From: Candidatus Omnitrophota bacterium
GTDB lineage: Bacteria > Omnitrophota > Gorgyraeia > Ghiorseimicrobiales > Ghiorseimicrobiaceae
Direction: 5' to 3'
Assembly: GCA_030681595.1 (NCBI GenBank)
Contig: JAUXSB010000056.1
Coordinates: 10,009 to 74,008, forward strand
Length of the DNA: 64,000 bases
Shown: piece after piece, positions 20,255 through 30,731 of the stretch
Layout: each line of letters opens with the position of its first letter
Numbering within the stretch: position 1 is the stretch's first letter
The notes under the pieces: generated by a model
Databases searched by the model: none
What the model was told of the DNA's origin: nothing
What the model saw: only the letters and a program-made list of their open reading frames with translations
Made by a program: the position numbers and the translations under genes

Positions 20255-20271
20255 AAATTGGTCATTCCGTC

Positions 20272-23200
20272 CTATCCATCCGCCACTTCCGTAACACCCA
20301 ATTCCTTCTCCACCTTCACTTCTTCTAAAATGCGCTTATATTCTATGGGCATGACTTTGATGAATTTTTTTACTTCAGCGTTAAAATTATCTAAGATGCT
20401 GGCGGCTCTTGCACTCTGCGTATATTTTTTATGATTAGTAAGTAAGTTCGTTATGGTATTTCTATCCTCATCCGTTAAATTTTCCAACTCTACCATTCCC
20501 AGATTGCACCTGTCGCGGAATTTGCCGTCAACATCATAGACATAGGCAATGCCGCCGCTCATTCCTGCGCCAAAATTCCTGCCGGTTTTGCCCAATATTA
20601 CCACGCGGCCGCCGGTCATGTATTCGCAGCCGTGATCGCCTACACCTTCAACTACGGCGTTTAAACCGGAATTTCTGATACAAAAACGCTCGCCTGCGAC
20701 ACCATGGATATATGCTTCGCCGCAGATTGCGCCGTAAAAAGTGGTATTACCGATAAGGATATTTTCGCTGGGCTCATAATCTGCCTGTTTTGACGGATAA
20801 ACGATGATTTTTCCGCCCGATATACCTTTACCTATATAGTCATTGGCAAGGCCCTCTAATTCAAAGGTGATACCTTTAGCAAGCCATGCCCCAAAACTCT
20901 GGCCGGCTACACCTTTAAATTTACAATATATGGTATCATTGGTAAGGCCATCTTCGCCGTATCTTTTACAAACCTCGCCGCTTAACATAGCGCCGGTTGT
21001 CCGGTCTTTATTTTTAATTTCTAAATTTAAATTTACCGCCTTACCATGTTCCAATGCAGGCATGCTTAAGGTGATTAATTCCTTGTCTAACACTTTGTCT
21101 ATGCCATGATCTTGGGAAATCTTGCAATGTGTACCAATGCTATCAGTGACTTGGGGCCGGTAGAGAATCTTAGAAAAATCAATCCCTTTTGCCTTATCAG
21201 GAACAATATCTGAATTTACTTCCAATAAATCAGTCCTGCCGATTAAGTCATCAATTTTTCTTATACCAAGTTCGGCCATTATTTCACGCAGTTCACGCGC
21301 GATAAAATGCATATAGTTTACAACATGCTCGGGATTTCCGTGAAATCTTGCCTCTAAAAGATCGTCCTGTGTGGCTACACCCACTGAGCAATTATTTAGA
21401 TGGCAGTGCCTGAGCATTACACAGCCCAAAACAATCAAACAAGCCGTGCAGAAACCGTATTCTTCAGCGCCAAGCATTGCGGCAATCGCTACATCGCGGC
21501 CAGTGCGCATCTGGCCGTCAGCCTGTAACCTAACACGGCTTCTTAGGTCATTTAACACCAGCGTCTGATGCGTTTCAGAAAGCCCTAACTCCCAAGGCAA
21601 GCCGGCATGCTTTATTGAGCTTCGAGGTGAAGCCCCCGTACCGCCGTCTCCACCGGAAATTAAAATCATGTCCGCATGGCCCTTGACTACACCTGCGGCA
21701 ATCGTGCCTACGCCGATTTCGGAAACCAATTTTACGCTGATGCGAGCACCCGGATTGACATTCTTCAAATCAAAGATAAGTTGCGCCAAATCCTCAATTG
21801 AATAAATGTCATGGTGCGGGGGAGGCGAAATTAAAGTTACCCCGGGTGTAGTATAGCGGGTCTTGGCAATAGTAACGCTTACCTTATGCCCGGGGAGTTG
21901 CCCGCCTTCGCCGGGTTTTGCCCCTTGGGCAATTTTAATTTGCAGTTCATCGGCGTTGACTAAATAATTTGTGGTGACACCAAATCTGCCGCTTGCCACC
22001 TGCTTGATTGCGCTTCTTTTTGATGCACCGCTTGGTAAAGGAATAAATCTTGTTGGGTCTTCTCCGCCCTCACCGGTATTTGACTTACCGCCGATTTTAT
22101 TCATCGCAATGGCTAAGCTTTCATGGGCGCCGCGCGATATGGAACCAAAACTCATAGCTCCTGTAACAAAACGTTTAAATATCGTGTCAGCCGTCTCAAC
22201 CTCTTCAATCGAGATTGACTTGGCTTGCGCAAATTTTAAAAGCCCGCGCAACGTAGTGGGATTTTTAGATTGGTCATTTATAAGCAATGCAAATTCTTTG
22301 TACCGGGCGTAATCATTATTTTTGGCTGCATCTTGAAGCGCAGATATTGACTCCGGGTTCCACAAATGAAATTCTCCGTCTTTTTTCCACTGATAAACAC
22401 CACCCGATGATAAAAGTGGTGTTTGGGCGATTGATTCAGGGAATGCCTGTTCATGGCGGACAATTGCTTCGAAAGATATTTCCCTAAAGCCTACGCCGCC
22501 AACCCTGGATACAGTATGGGCAAAACACTTCTCAATTACCTCATCATTTATGCCTAATGCTTCAAAGATTTGCGCTCCACGATAACTCTGCAAGGTAGAG
22601 ATCCCCATCTTAGAAAGTATTTTTAAAAGGCCTTTATTCACCGCTTTGATATATTTTTCCTGCGCCTGGCTAAACTCTAAATCGATATCTCCCTCTTCTT
22701 TTAAATGCCTGATAGCTTCAAAGGCAAGGTAGGGATTAATACAACCTACGCCAAAGCCGAAAAGCAGGGCAAAGTGATGCACCTCGCGGGGTTCAGCTGT
22801 TTCTAAGACAAGCGCTATCTGCGAGCGGATAGCGCGTTTAACCAGATATTGATGCACATATCCTACGGCCAAGAGCGCCGGCAAAGCGGCGTAGTCTTTA
22901 TTTACGCCTCTATCGCTTAAAATAACAAAAGTGGCGCCATTATCAATGGCCTTCTCTGCCTGATAGGCAATCCTATCTAAGGAAACCATGAAATCATCAA
23001 AGCTGCCTGCTCTAAAAAGAATAGAAACAGTCTCTGATTTAAAATCTCCCTTTATGCGGCGTAATTTTTCCAACTCCTCATTAGTAAGGATCGGTTGTTT
23101 AAAGTGGATCTTGCGGCAGTGTTCGGCGGTTTCATCCAGGATGTTTTTGCGCGGGCCGGCAAAACATTCAAGGCTCATTACCAAATCTTCCCTGATCGGG

Positions 23201-24813
23201 TCAATTGCCGGATTCGTTACCTGGGCAAACAACTGCTTGAAATAATTATATAAAAGCTGCGGATGACTAGATAAAACCGCATGCGGCGTATCATTTCCCA
23301 TTGAGCCGGTTGGCTCTTCACCGGTCTCGGCCATTGGCTTAATGATGACCTTTAAATCTTCCCGGCTGTAACCAAATGCCTTTAACTGAGCTACTACATC
23401 ATCAACTTTTTGTTCTTTATATTTCGGGATAGGCAATTTTTCAAACTCAACTAAATTTTCATTAACCCATTTCTTATAAGGCTTGGACTTGGAAACACTT
23501 TCTTTAATCTCCTCATCATTTATAATACGGCCCTGTTTAGTATCTATGAAGAACATCTTGCCCGGGGTAAGCCTTCCGGAATAGGCGATATTTTTATCTT
23601 CGATATCAAGTACACCTACCTCGCTTGCCATAACCACAAATCCGTCTTTAGTTATAATGTAACGCGAAGGGCGCAGGCCGTTTCTGTCAAGGACCGCGCC
23701 AATGGATTCACCATCTGTAAAAGCAATACTTGCCGGCCCGTCCCACGGCTCCATCAGGCATGCCTGGTATTTATGAAAGGCACGCAGATCTTCGTCAATA
23801 AACTTACTGTTCTCCCATGCGGAAGGGATAAGCATCATCATGCTGTGAGGCAGGGATCTTCCGGATAAAATAAGCAGCTCAAGAGCGTTATCAATCGCCG
23901 CTGAATCGCTGCCGCCCGGCACAATTATAGGCTTTATCTTTTCGATATCATCGCCAAAGAGCTGGCTTTTCAACAGCCGTTCCTTAGCGCGCATCCAATT
24001 GATATTGCCGCGCAATGTGTTTATCTCGCCGTTATGGGCCAAGAATCTAAAAGGTTGTGCCAAATCCCAAGTGGGAAAAGTATTTGTGCTGTACCTTGAA
24101 TGCACCAGGCAAATCGTAGACTTGATTGCCTCATCATTTAAATCAATAAAGAAATTATCCACCTGCTCGGGCATTAAGAGGCCTTTAAAAGAAAATGTCC
24201 GGCTAGATAAATTAGTAATATAAAATTGGCTCTTCTGTTTTATATATGATTCTCTAATCGTATTTTCTATCTTTCTTCTTATAACATAAAGCTTTCTCTC
24301 GAAATCTAAATTCACCCCTTGCTCTTTGCTCTTTGCTCTTTGCTCTTCGCCGATAAACACCTGCTCAATCTGCGGCTGGGTATCTTTGGCTGTCTTTCCT
24401 ATATCGCTATTATCAACCGGAACAACCCTCCAGCCAAGGACAGCTTGCCCCTCTTCCTTTATAATCTTTTCGAATGCGTCTTTACAAAACTGATGTTCTT
24501 TTTTATCGATAGGTAAGAAAACAAGGCCGGTTCCGTAGTCACCTAAAGAAGGAAGCTTTATTTTTTGTTGATCCGCTGCTTTTAGGAAAAAATCATGCGG
24601 CATTTGTATGAGGATGCCGGCACCGTCTCCGGTTTTTGGATCAGCTCCGGTTGCCCCGCGATGGGAAAGCCGCCTCAACACCTCTAAACCCTGTTGGACT
24701 ATTTTGTGCGACTTTTTACCTTTTATATCGCAGACAAACCCAACACCGCAGGAATCATGCTCAAAGCGCGGATCATATAAACCGTATTGTTGTAAGTTTT
24801 GACGAATATCCAT
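20272..24813 (-). CDS. gltB: Glutamate synthase large subunit GltB
   Basis: 1513 aa. N-terminal amidotransferase Cys (FEHDSCGVGFVCD), FMN domain and C-terminal GXGXG-repeat domain. Contains an in-frame (GCTCTTT)x4 heptanucleotide repeat at 24321..24348. Confidence 0.9.
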   Translation of the reverse strand: MDIRQNLQQYGLYDPRFEHDSCGVGFVCDIKGKKSHKIVQQGLEVLRRLSHRGATGADPKTGDGAGILIQMPHDFFLKAADQQKIKLPSLGDYGTGLVFLPIDKKEHQFCKDAFEKIIKEEGQAVLGWRVVPVDNSDIGKTAKDTQPQIEQVFIGEEQRAKSKEQGVNLDFERKLYVIRRKIENTIRESYIKQKSQFYITNLSSRTFSFKGLLMPEQVDNFFIDLNDEAIKSTICLVHSRYSTNTFPTWDLAQPFRFLAHNGEINTLRGNINWMRAKERLLKSQLFGDDIEKIKPIIVPGGSDSAAIDNALELLILSGRSLPHSMMMLIPSAWENSKFIDEDLRAFHKYQACLMEPWDGPASIAFTDGESIGAVLDRNGLRPSRYIITKDGFVVMASEVGVLDIEDKNIAYSGRLTPGKMFFIDTKQGRIINDEEIKESVSKSKPYKKWVNENLVEFEKLPIPKYKEQKVDDVVAQLKAFGYSREDLKVIIKPMAETGEEPTGSMGNDTPHAVLSSHPQLLYNYFKQLFAQVTNPAIDPIREDLVMSLECFAGPRKNILDETAEHCRKIHFKQPILTNEELEKLRRIKGDFKSETVSILFRAGSFDDFMVSLDRIAYQAEKAIDNGATFVILSDRGVNKDYAALPALLAVGYVHQYLVKRAIRSQIALVLETAEPREVHHFALLFGFGVGCINPYLAFEAIRHLKEEGDIDLEFSQAQEKYIKAVNKGLLKILSKMGISTLQSYRGAQIFEALGINDEVIEKCFAHTVSRVGGVGFREISFEAIVRHEQAFPESIAQTPLLSSGGVYQWKKDGEFHLWNPESISALQDAAKNNDYARYKEFALLINDQSKNPTTLRGLLKFAQAKSISIEEVETADTIFKRFVTGAMSFGSISRGAHESLAIAMNKIGGKSNTGEGGEDPTRFIPLPSGASKRSAIKQVASGRFGVTTNYLVNADELQIKIAQGAKPGEGGQLPGHKVSVTIAKTRYTTPGVTLISPPPHHDIYSIEDLAQLIFDLKNVNPGARISVKLVSEIGVGTIAAGVVKGHADMILISGGDGGTGASPRSSIKHAGLPWELGLSETHQTLVLNDLRSRVRLQADGQMRTGRDVAIAAMLGAEEYGFCTACLIVLGCVMLRHCHLNNCSVGVATQDDLLEARFHGNPEHVVNYMHFIARELREIMAELGIRKIDDLIGRTDLLEVNSDIVPDKAKGIDFSKILYRPQVTDSIGTHCKISQDHGIDKVLDKELITLSMPALEHGKAVNLNLEIKNKDRTTGAMLSGEVCKRYGEDGLTNDTIYCKFKGVAGQSFGAWLAKGITFELEGLANDYIGKGISGGKIIVYPSKQADYEPSENILIGNTTFYGAICGEAYIHGVAGERFCIRNSGLNAVVEGVGDHGCEYMTGGRVVILGKTGRNFGAGMSGGIAYVYDVDGKFRDRCNLGMVELENLTDEDRNTITNLLTNHKKYTQSARAASILDNFNAEVKKFIKVMPIEYKRILEEVKVEKELGVTEVADG

Positions 24814-24874
24814 AATTTAAGTTATAAGTTATGAGTTATAAATAAAAATTCTAAAACTTATAATTTATAACTTC

Positions 24875-25114
24875 TCACCTATAACTTTTATATAATTGAG
24901 GATTAATCCCCAACTTTTTTATCTTTGCCCGCATTGTATTGCGGTTAATACCTAAAATACGCGCGGCTTTTAACTGGTTGCCTTCAGTATGCTCTAATAC
25001 ATTTTCAATCAAAGACTTTTCCACTTCAGTAATTACTTTTACATAAAGCTTACCCCTGTTCTCCTCCAATAAGCCTGCCCTTGCCTTCTTAATTATAACC
25101 GTAATATCATCCAT
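24875..25114 (-). CDS. Fis-family HTH DNA-binding protein
   Basis: 79 aa. C-terminal QLKAARILGINRNTMRAKIKKLGI is a Fis/NtrC-type HTH. Sits 61 bp upstream of gltB. Confidence 0.6.
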   Translation of the reverse strand: MDDITVIIKKARAGLLEENRGKLYVKVITEVEKSLIENVLEHTEGNQLKAARILGINRNTMRAKIKKLGINPQLYKSYR

Positions 25115-25171
25115 ATAACCCTGCTTATTATTATAACACTTTTTGCCTTAAAAATAGGCATCGAAGAACAC

Positions 25172-25211
25172 AAAAAAAACGAGGATGCTCTTTAAACAAG
25201 AACATCCTCGT
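25172..25211 (-). terminator. Rho-independent terminator (minus strand) after the GltS-domain gene
   Basis: Minus-strand read: CGAGGATG-ttcttgtttaaagag-CATCCTCG followed by TTTTTTTT. Confidence 0.6.
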
Positions 25212-25279
25212 TCTTATTGTTTCCTTGCTATTCTCTAGCCTTATAACTACAAGTAAAAAAGGCTTACTTTTGGTAACCC

Positions 25280-26908
25280 CTATTTTTTCCCATCCAGGAT
25301 TTTTTCCGCTTCTTTGCGGTAAGCATCCATTACATAGGGAATACCGCTGATTTTAGCCGCATCTTCAGTTAAGCTCATCAAATCCTTCCTTGAGACACTG
25401 CCTAAACTAAAATTGCGTGAACCAGCCATTAACTGCTGTAAGCCGACCTTAATCCTCTGGCTAAAGGTATAAATTCCTACAGCACCCAAAGGAATTTCCT
25501 TCATGTCGTCGCCGTATTTCTCGGCTAATTCCTCATAGCAGACAAAGATCTCTTCGGGTTTTACACCAAATTCAGAAATTGTCGGAGGAAGCTTGTTTTC
25601 GGCAATCCATTCGCCGATGTTTTTACCGACAAAACCGGGAATCATCAAAGCCCTTCCCATGCAGACTGCTTTTACATATGGGGCACCCATCGCAATTGCT
25701 TTAAACACATGGTCCTCTAAAGAAAACCCGCCGGCAATGGCGATATCAGGTATGCGCATTTTTTTCTTGGCTAACTTTTCGCAAAACTCATAAGTAAGCG
25801 CCTGTAAATAGAAAGTAGGAATACCCCATTCCTGCATCATTCTCCACGGGCTCATTCCGGTGCCACCGGGTGCTCCGTCAATAGTTAAGAGGTCAATCTT
25901 GGCAATAGAAGAAAATTTAATTGCCTGAGCAAGCTCAACCATTGAATAAGCGCCGGTCTTTAAGGTAATCCGCTTAAACCCTAAATCGCGCAGACGCTTT
26001 ATCTCTTTCATGAAACCTTCCTCTGAGACAAAACCTAAGCGAGAATGCCGCTCAAACTCTCTGATTGCGCCCGCCTTAAATGCTTCCTGACTGGCATGCA
26101 CAGTTGGGTCAGGGGTAACAATATAACCGCGTTTTTTAAGTTCTTTTGCGCGGTCTAAACTCTTTACCTTAATTTCACCGCCGATACATTTTGCGCCTTG
26201 CCCCCACTTAAGCTCAATGGTCTCAAGCTTATGTTTTTTGCGCACATACTCGGCAACACCTAAACGCGTATCTTCCACGTTCATCTGGACTAAGATTTCG
26301 CCGTAACCGTCATGAAACTTTTTGTAAACCTCAATGCGCCTGTCCATATCCGGAGCGCTGACAATCTTGCCCTTTGAATCTAGTTCTAATTTTGGATCAA
26401 TGCCGCAAACATTTTCGCCGCAGACAATTGTAACGCCTGATATTGCCGCGCCCACAGCAAAATGCTCCCAGTTCTTACGGGCGATTTCGGTTGAACCCAA
26501 AGCGCCGGTAAAAATCGGGGCTCTCATCTTTACTTTTTTATCCCAGCCATATTCAGTTTCTACGTTTACACCCGGGAAAGTTGCGGTGTCAGGAGTACCT
26601 TCAACGCCCTTAGGTAGGCCATTTGCGCCTTGGGCATAACCCTGGATATTTAAATGCGAATAATCTACCGGATAATCCTTATCCGCACCGGCAGTTACTT
26701 CACCAAAAGGCCCGGGATAAATAACTTCTCTACCCCTAAATGAAGATTTAAAAACTTCACAATTCCCCCTGCAGGACTCAAGACACCTTGAACATAACCC
26801 CGAACAAGGCACAACATTCTTTGAGCGGTTAAACGTACGCGTCGCGTCGTTTCCGCCCGGTGTGCGTAAATTCATAGCCTCTTGTCTCCTTTCTTGATTT
26901 TTGCCCAA
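25280..26908 (-). CDS. Glutamate synthase FMN-domain family protein (GltB domain-2 like; archaeal-type GltS)
   Basis: 542 aa. N-terminal Cys cluster (CSGLCSRCLESCRGNC) and a central FMN/Fe-S TIM-barrel region characteristic of stand-alone GltS-domain proteins. Confidence 0.65.
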   Translation of the reverse strand: MGKNQERRQEAMNLRTPGGNDATRTFNRSKNVVPCSGLCSRCLESCRGNCEVFKSSFRGREVIYPGPFGEVTAGADKDYPVDYSHLNIQGYAQGANGLPKGVEGTPDTATFPGVNVETEYGWDKKVKMRAPIFTGALGSTEIARKNWEHFAVGAAISGVTIVCGENVCGIDPKLELDSKGKIVSAPDMDRRIEVYKKFHDGYGEILVQMNVEDTRLGVAEYVRKKHKLETIELKWGQGAKCIGGEIKVKSLDRAKELKKRGYIVTPDPTVHASQEAFKAGAIREFERHSRLGFVSEEGFMKEIKRLRDLGFKRITLKTGAYSMVELAQAIKFSSIAKIDLLTIDGAPGGTGMSPWRMMQEWGIPTFYLQALTYEFCEKLAKKKMRIPDIAIAGGFSLEDHVFKAIAMGAPYVKAVCMGRALMIPGFVGKNIGEWIAENKLPPTISEFGVKPEEIFVCYEELAEKYGDDMKEIPLGAVGIYTFSQRIKVGLQQLMAGSRNFSLGSVSRKDLMSLTEDAAKISGIPYVMDAYRKEAEKILDGKK

Positions 26909-26974
26909 TCAGTAAGCGGAATTTTATGCCGCAAACTCAAGCATAAATTGCCTAAAAATTAAGCACTTATAACC

Positions 26975-27006
26975 AATAAAAAAGGCATCCGCTTTCTGCG
27001 GACGCC
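26975..27006 (-). terminator. Rho-independent terminator (minus strand) after the receiver gene
   Basis: Minus-strand read: GGCGTCCGC-agaaa-GCGGATGCC followed by TTTTTTATT. Confidence 0.65.
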
Positions 27007-27100
27007 TTTGTCGCAATTTCTATTCGATAAGTTTACTTTATATTATCCCGATCTTTATCTCAATATATGGTTTAAAATATACCACGCGGGCTAACTATTG

Positions 27101-27511
27101 TCAAGATTTTTTACGCCGCAGGACTTCTTCTATTTTATTTATTAAGTCATCTTTTTTTACCGGCTTTGCGATAAAATCATCGGCACCTGCCTCAGATGCT
27201 TTTTTCTTTTCTATATCTCTCGACATAGCCGAAAGCATAACTACAGGAATATCTCTTACGAACGGCTCTTTTTTTAAAGAAACACAAACCTCTATCCCGT
27301 CTGCATCCGGCATTATTATATCAAGTAGAATAATATCCGGTTTAAATTCGTTTATGCGCTTTATTAAATCTTTCGTGCTTATCAAAGTCGTGACTTCGTA
27401 TTCACCCGCCTTTTCCAGGAGCGGCTTAACAAGCTGCAAGAAAAACACTTCGTCATCAATTATCAGCACCTTTTTCTTTTTTATTTGTGAGGCTTGTCCT
27501 GCGGAATCCAT
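27101..27511 (-). CDS. Single-domain response regulator (CheY-like receiver)
   Basis: KKKVLIIDDE ... ILLDIIMPDADG ... MLSA contains the receiver Asp pocket and phospho-acceptor. There is no output domain and no histidine kinase in the window. Confidence 0.75.
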   Translation of the reverse strand: MDSAGQASQIKKKKVLIIDDEVFFLQLVKPLLEKAGEYEVTTLISTKDLIKRINEFKPDIILLDIIMPDADGIEVCVSLKKEPFVRDIPVVMLSAMSRDIEKKKASEAGADDFIAKPVKKDDLINKIEEVLRRKKS

Positions 27512-27689
27512 TGTCTATTTACCCTCCGATGTATTGTAGGCTAATTATTTCTGGCAAGCCTTTATTTCTTACACTTAGCGCAATAAGTATCGTGAATACA
27601 CTTAATAAAAACCCTGACAAAGGCAAAGATAATTATTAACAATACGATTTGCCCGAATAATCCCCAGCTCATGCTCACCTCCTTAATTC

Positions 27690-28445
27690 TTACTTCTTCT
27701 CCAGCGCCCTATTTAATTGCTCTCTAAAGTCCTGCGGGATTTTGTATCCTAGCGCCTCTGCCTTTTTTACATCTACTAAGCTTTTATCATATTCCTTAAG
27801 CAGGAAGTAAGCAGCCGCGCGGTTATAATAGGCCTTATCAAATTCGGGATAAAGCTCTATCGCCTTATCATAATCGGCTATCGCTTCTTTAGTATTGCCT
27901 AATTTCAACTGGGCATTGCCGCGGTTACAATAAGAAACCGCGTGATTAGGTTTAAGTTCTACCGCCTTAGTATAATCTAAAATTGCCTGCGCGTAATCGC
28001 TCTTTTTAAAATAAGCCCTGGCGCGGCTATAATAAAGTTCATAGTCGCCAGAGAAAAATTCCTCGGCCCTGGTAAAATCAGCGATGGCGTTATCGATATC
28101 GTTTTCATCAAAATAGGCCCTGGCGCGGTTATAATAAACGCCGGAAAAAATCGGGTCTATTTCCAGAGCTTTATTGTAATCGGCAATGGCTTCTTTAAAA
28201 TTTTTCTTTTTTAGATAAGCATTGCCGCGGTTAAAATAACCTTCGGCGGATTCCGGATTTAGGCTGATTGCTTGATTGTATTCCGCTATTGCTTTATCGT
28301 ATGCACTACCCTTAAAGTATTCATCCCCCTTTGCAAGATAATCCTCTGCTGTATTTGCGGCATGACAAGTTAGCGCAATTAAAAATAAGGGCATCGAAAT
28401 CAAAATATAATACCGCAACCTAAAAAATAACCCGTTATTTACCAT
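27690..28445 (-). CDS. Secreted TPR-repeat protein
   Basis: Signal peptide, then six or more canonical 34-aa TPR units (AxxxYxxAIxLxPxxAxAYxNRGxAY). Confidence 0.65.
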   Translation of the reverse strand: MVNNGLFFRLRYYILISMPLFLIALTCHAANTAEDYLAKGDEYFKGSAYDKAIAEYNQAISLNPESAEGYFNRGNAYLKKKNFKEAIADYNKALEIDPIFSGVYYNRARAYFDENDIDNAIADFTRAEEFFSGDYELYYSRARAYFKKSDYAQAILDYTKAVELKPNHAVSYCNRGNAQLKLGNTKEAIADYDKAIELYPEFDKAYYNRAAAYFLLKEYDKSLVDVKKAEALGYKIPQDFREQLNRALEKK

Positions 28446-28486
28446 CTTCTTTGCCCGCGTATTTGCAACCTAAGCCGCAAAACATT

Positions 28487-30160
28487 TTATCGGCTTTTGC
28501 GCATTTCTTTATACGTGTTGATCAGGCCATTGGTGGACGCGTCGTGGCTAGATATCCGCTTATCACCACTTAGTTCGCCAAGTATATTCTTTGCCAATTG
28601 CTTACCCAGCTCCACCCCCCACTGGTCAAAACTGAATATATTCCAGACTATCCCTTGCACAAAAATCTTATGCTCATACATAGCGATTAATGCACCCAAG
28701 CTGCGCGGAGTAATTTTTTTGACTAATATTGAATTGGTAGGTTTATTCCCCGGGAAAGCTTTAAAAGAAGCGAGTTTCTTAATTTCCGCGTCATTCTTCC
28801 CCTGTGCTTTTAATTCGTTAACCGCCTCTTCTTCGCTTTTGCCGCGCATTAAAGCCTCTGTCTGTGCAAAAAAGTTAGAAAGAAGTATATCGTGATGCTC
28901 GCCTATCGGATTATGCGAAACAGCGGGCGCAATGAAGTCGCAAGGCAGGAGTTTTGTCCCTTGATGGATTAGTTGATAAAAGGCGTGTTGTCCATTTGTG
29001 CCCGGCTCACCCCAGATAACCGGCCCGGTCTGATAATTAATTCTTTTCCCAAAACGGCTTGTAGATTTTCCGCTTGATTCCATGTCTGCCTGCTGAAAAT
29101 AGGCGGCAAACCTGTGCATATATTGGTCGTAGGGCAGAATCGCGTGAGTTTGAGCGCCGAAAAAATTGTTATACCAAACACCGACTAACGCCAAGATTAC
29201 CGGGATATTTTCTTCAAATGCCGCCTCTCTAAAATGCCTATCCATGGCGTGCGCCCCTGAAAGCAGCTCAACGAAGTTTTCAAAGCCGATAGTACAAGCA
29301 ATAGATAAGCCGATTGCCGACCAGAGCGAATATCTTCCGCCTACCCAGTCCCAAAACACAAACATGTTTTGCGGGTCTATCCCAAATTTCTCTACTTCTT
29401 TTTTATTGGTGGATATGGCTACAAAATGATTTTTTACGTAACTTGCGTTACCCGCTTTTTCTAAAAACCATTTTCTTGCAGTATATGCATTTGCCATAGT
29501 TTCTTGAGTAGTAAAGGTTTTAGAGGCGACCATAAAAAGTGTTGTCTCAGGATTTATTTTCTTTAAGGTTTCGCTAATATGTGTCGCGTCCACATTTGAG
29601 ACAAAATGCGCGCTTATATTCGGTTTTTTATAGGCTGTCAATGCTTCTGTCACCATGACAGGCCCAAGGTCAGAACCCCCGATACCGATATTAACAATAT
29701 CGCTTATCGGTTTCTGCGTATAGCCGCGCCAGTCGCCACGAATAACTTTACCCGCAAAAACCTCCATCTGTTTTAAAACTTTGTTTACATCGGGCATTAC
29801 GTCTTTTCCGTCTACATAAATCGGGGTGTTGGCACGGTTACGTAAGGCTATGTGTAAAACAGCCCTCTTCTCTGTCTCGTTGATTTTTTCACCGCTAAAC
29901 ATCGCCTGTATCGCCTCTTTTAACTTTACTTCTTTTACCAACGCAAGAAACAACTTTAGCGTATCTGTAGTGATAATATTCTTGGAATAATCAACAAGGA
30001 TATCTTCGAAGTTAAGAAAAAATTTAGAGAATCGCGCTGGGTCTTTATCAAACAAATCCCGCATATGCGCCTTGCGCATTATGCGGTAATGTAATTTAAG
30101 TTTCTTCCACGCCGCTGTTTTAGTTGGATTAATTCTTTTTAACATTTCTTGCCTCTCCAT
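28487..30160 (-). CDS. pgi: Glucose-6-phosphate isomerase
   Basis: PGI signatures [16 protein letters not shown] and [18 protein letters not shown]. Confidence 0.85.
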   Translation of the reverse strand: MERQEMLKRINPTKTAAWKKLKLHYRIMRKAHMRDLFDKDPARFSKFFLNFEDILVDYSKNIITTDTLKLFLALVKEVKLKEAIQAMFSGEKINETEKRAVLHIALRNRANTPIYVDGKDVMPDVNKVLKQMEVFAGKVIRGDWRGYTQKPISDIVNIGIGGSDLGPVMVTEALTAYKKPNISAHFVSNVDATHISETLKKINPETTLFMVASKTFTTQETMANAYTARKWFLEKAGNASYVKNHFVAISTNKKEVEKFGIDPQNMFVFWDWVGGRYSLWSAIGLSIACTIGFENFVELLSGAHAMDRHFREAAFEENIPVILALVGVWYNNFFGAQTHAILPYDQYMHRFAAYFQQADMESSGKSTSRFGKRINYQTGPVIWGEPGTNGQHAFYQLIHQGTKLLPCDFIAPAVSHNPIGEHHDILLSNFFAQTEALMRGKSEEEAVNELKAQGKNDAEIKKLASFKAFPGNKPTNSILVKKITPRSLGALIAMYEHKIFVQGIVWNIFSFDQWGVELGKQLAKNILGELSGDKRISSHDASTNGLINTYKEMRKSR

Positions 30161-30204
30161 AAAATTAGGTATTGCTACTATTATAGCAAATTTAACCCAG
30201 TTTA

Positions 30205-30246
30205 AAATAAAAAAGAGCAGATATTATTAGTCTTAATATCTGCTCT
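30205..30246 (-). terminator. Rho-independent terminator (minus strand) after glnK
   Basis: Minus-strand read: AGAGCAGATATTA-agactaa-TAATATCTGCTCT followed by TTTTTATTT. Confidence 0.65.
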
Positions 30247-30297
30247 TTTAAAACAATAATTTAAAAGAGATGGCAATCCCTAATAAAATTCATGTTT

Positions 30298-30639
30298 TTA
30301 TCCTATAGCAACTGTTCCTCTTTCTTCGGTACGGATACGAATACACTCTTCTAGGCTTAAAATAAATATCTTTCCGTCGCCGGTCTCGCCCGTTTTAGCT
30401 CCCTTGGTGATTGCCTTTATAGTCGGCTCGACAAACTTATCATTTACCGCGATTTCAAGGCGTATCTTCCTTAAAAGATTCCCCGTCTCTTTATGGCCGC
30501 GGTAGACCTCGGTTACACCTTTTTGCCGGCCATGGCCAAGAACTTCGCTTACGGTAATTAAGTTTACTTCCGCCTTATAAAGCTCTTCTTTTACTTCTTC
30601 TAATTTGTACGGCTGGATTATCGCTATTATTAACTTCAT
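30298..30639 (-). CDS. glnK: Nitrogen regulatory protein P-II (GlnK type, amtB-linked)
   Basis: 113-aa PII fold with a T-loop carrying the Y51 equivalent ([14 protein letters not shown]). Immediately downstream of amtB. Confidence 0.85.
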   Translation of the reverse strand: MKLIIAIIQPYKLEEVKEELYKAEVNLITVSEVLGHGRQKGVTEVYRGHKETGNLLRKIRLEIAVNDKFVEPTIKAITKGAKTGETGDGKIFILSLEECIRIRTEERGTVAIG

Positions 30640-30731
30640 ACATCCTCCTTCTGATTACGCAAGACGATTGACGAGAGACGATGGACGATTTTTCGTTTTT
30701 CATCCTTCGTCCTTCATCCATCTTATTTTAA

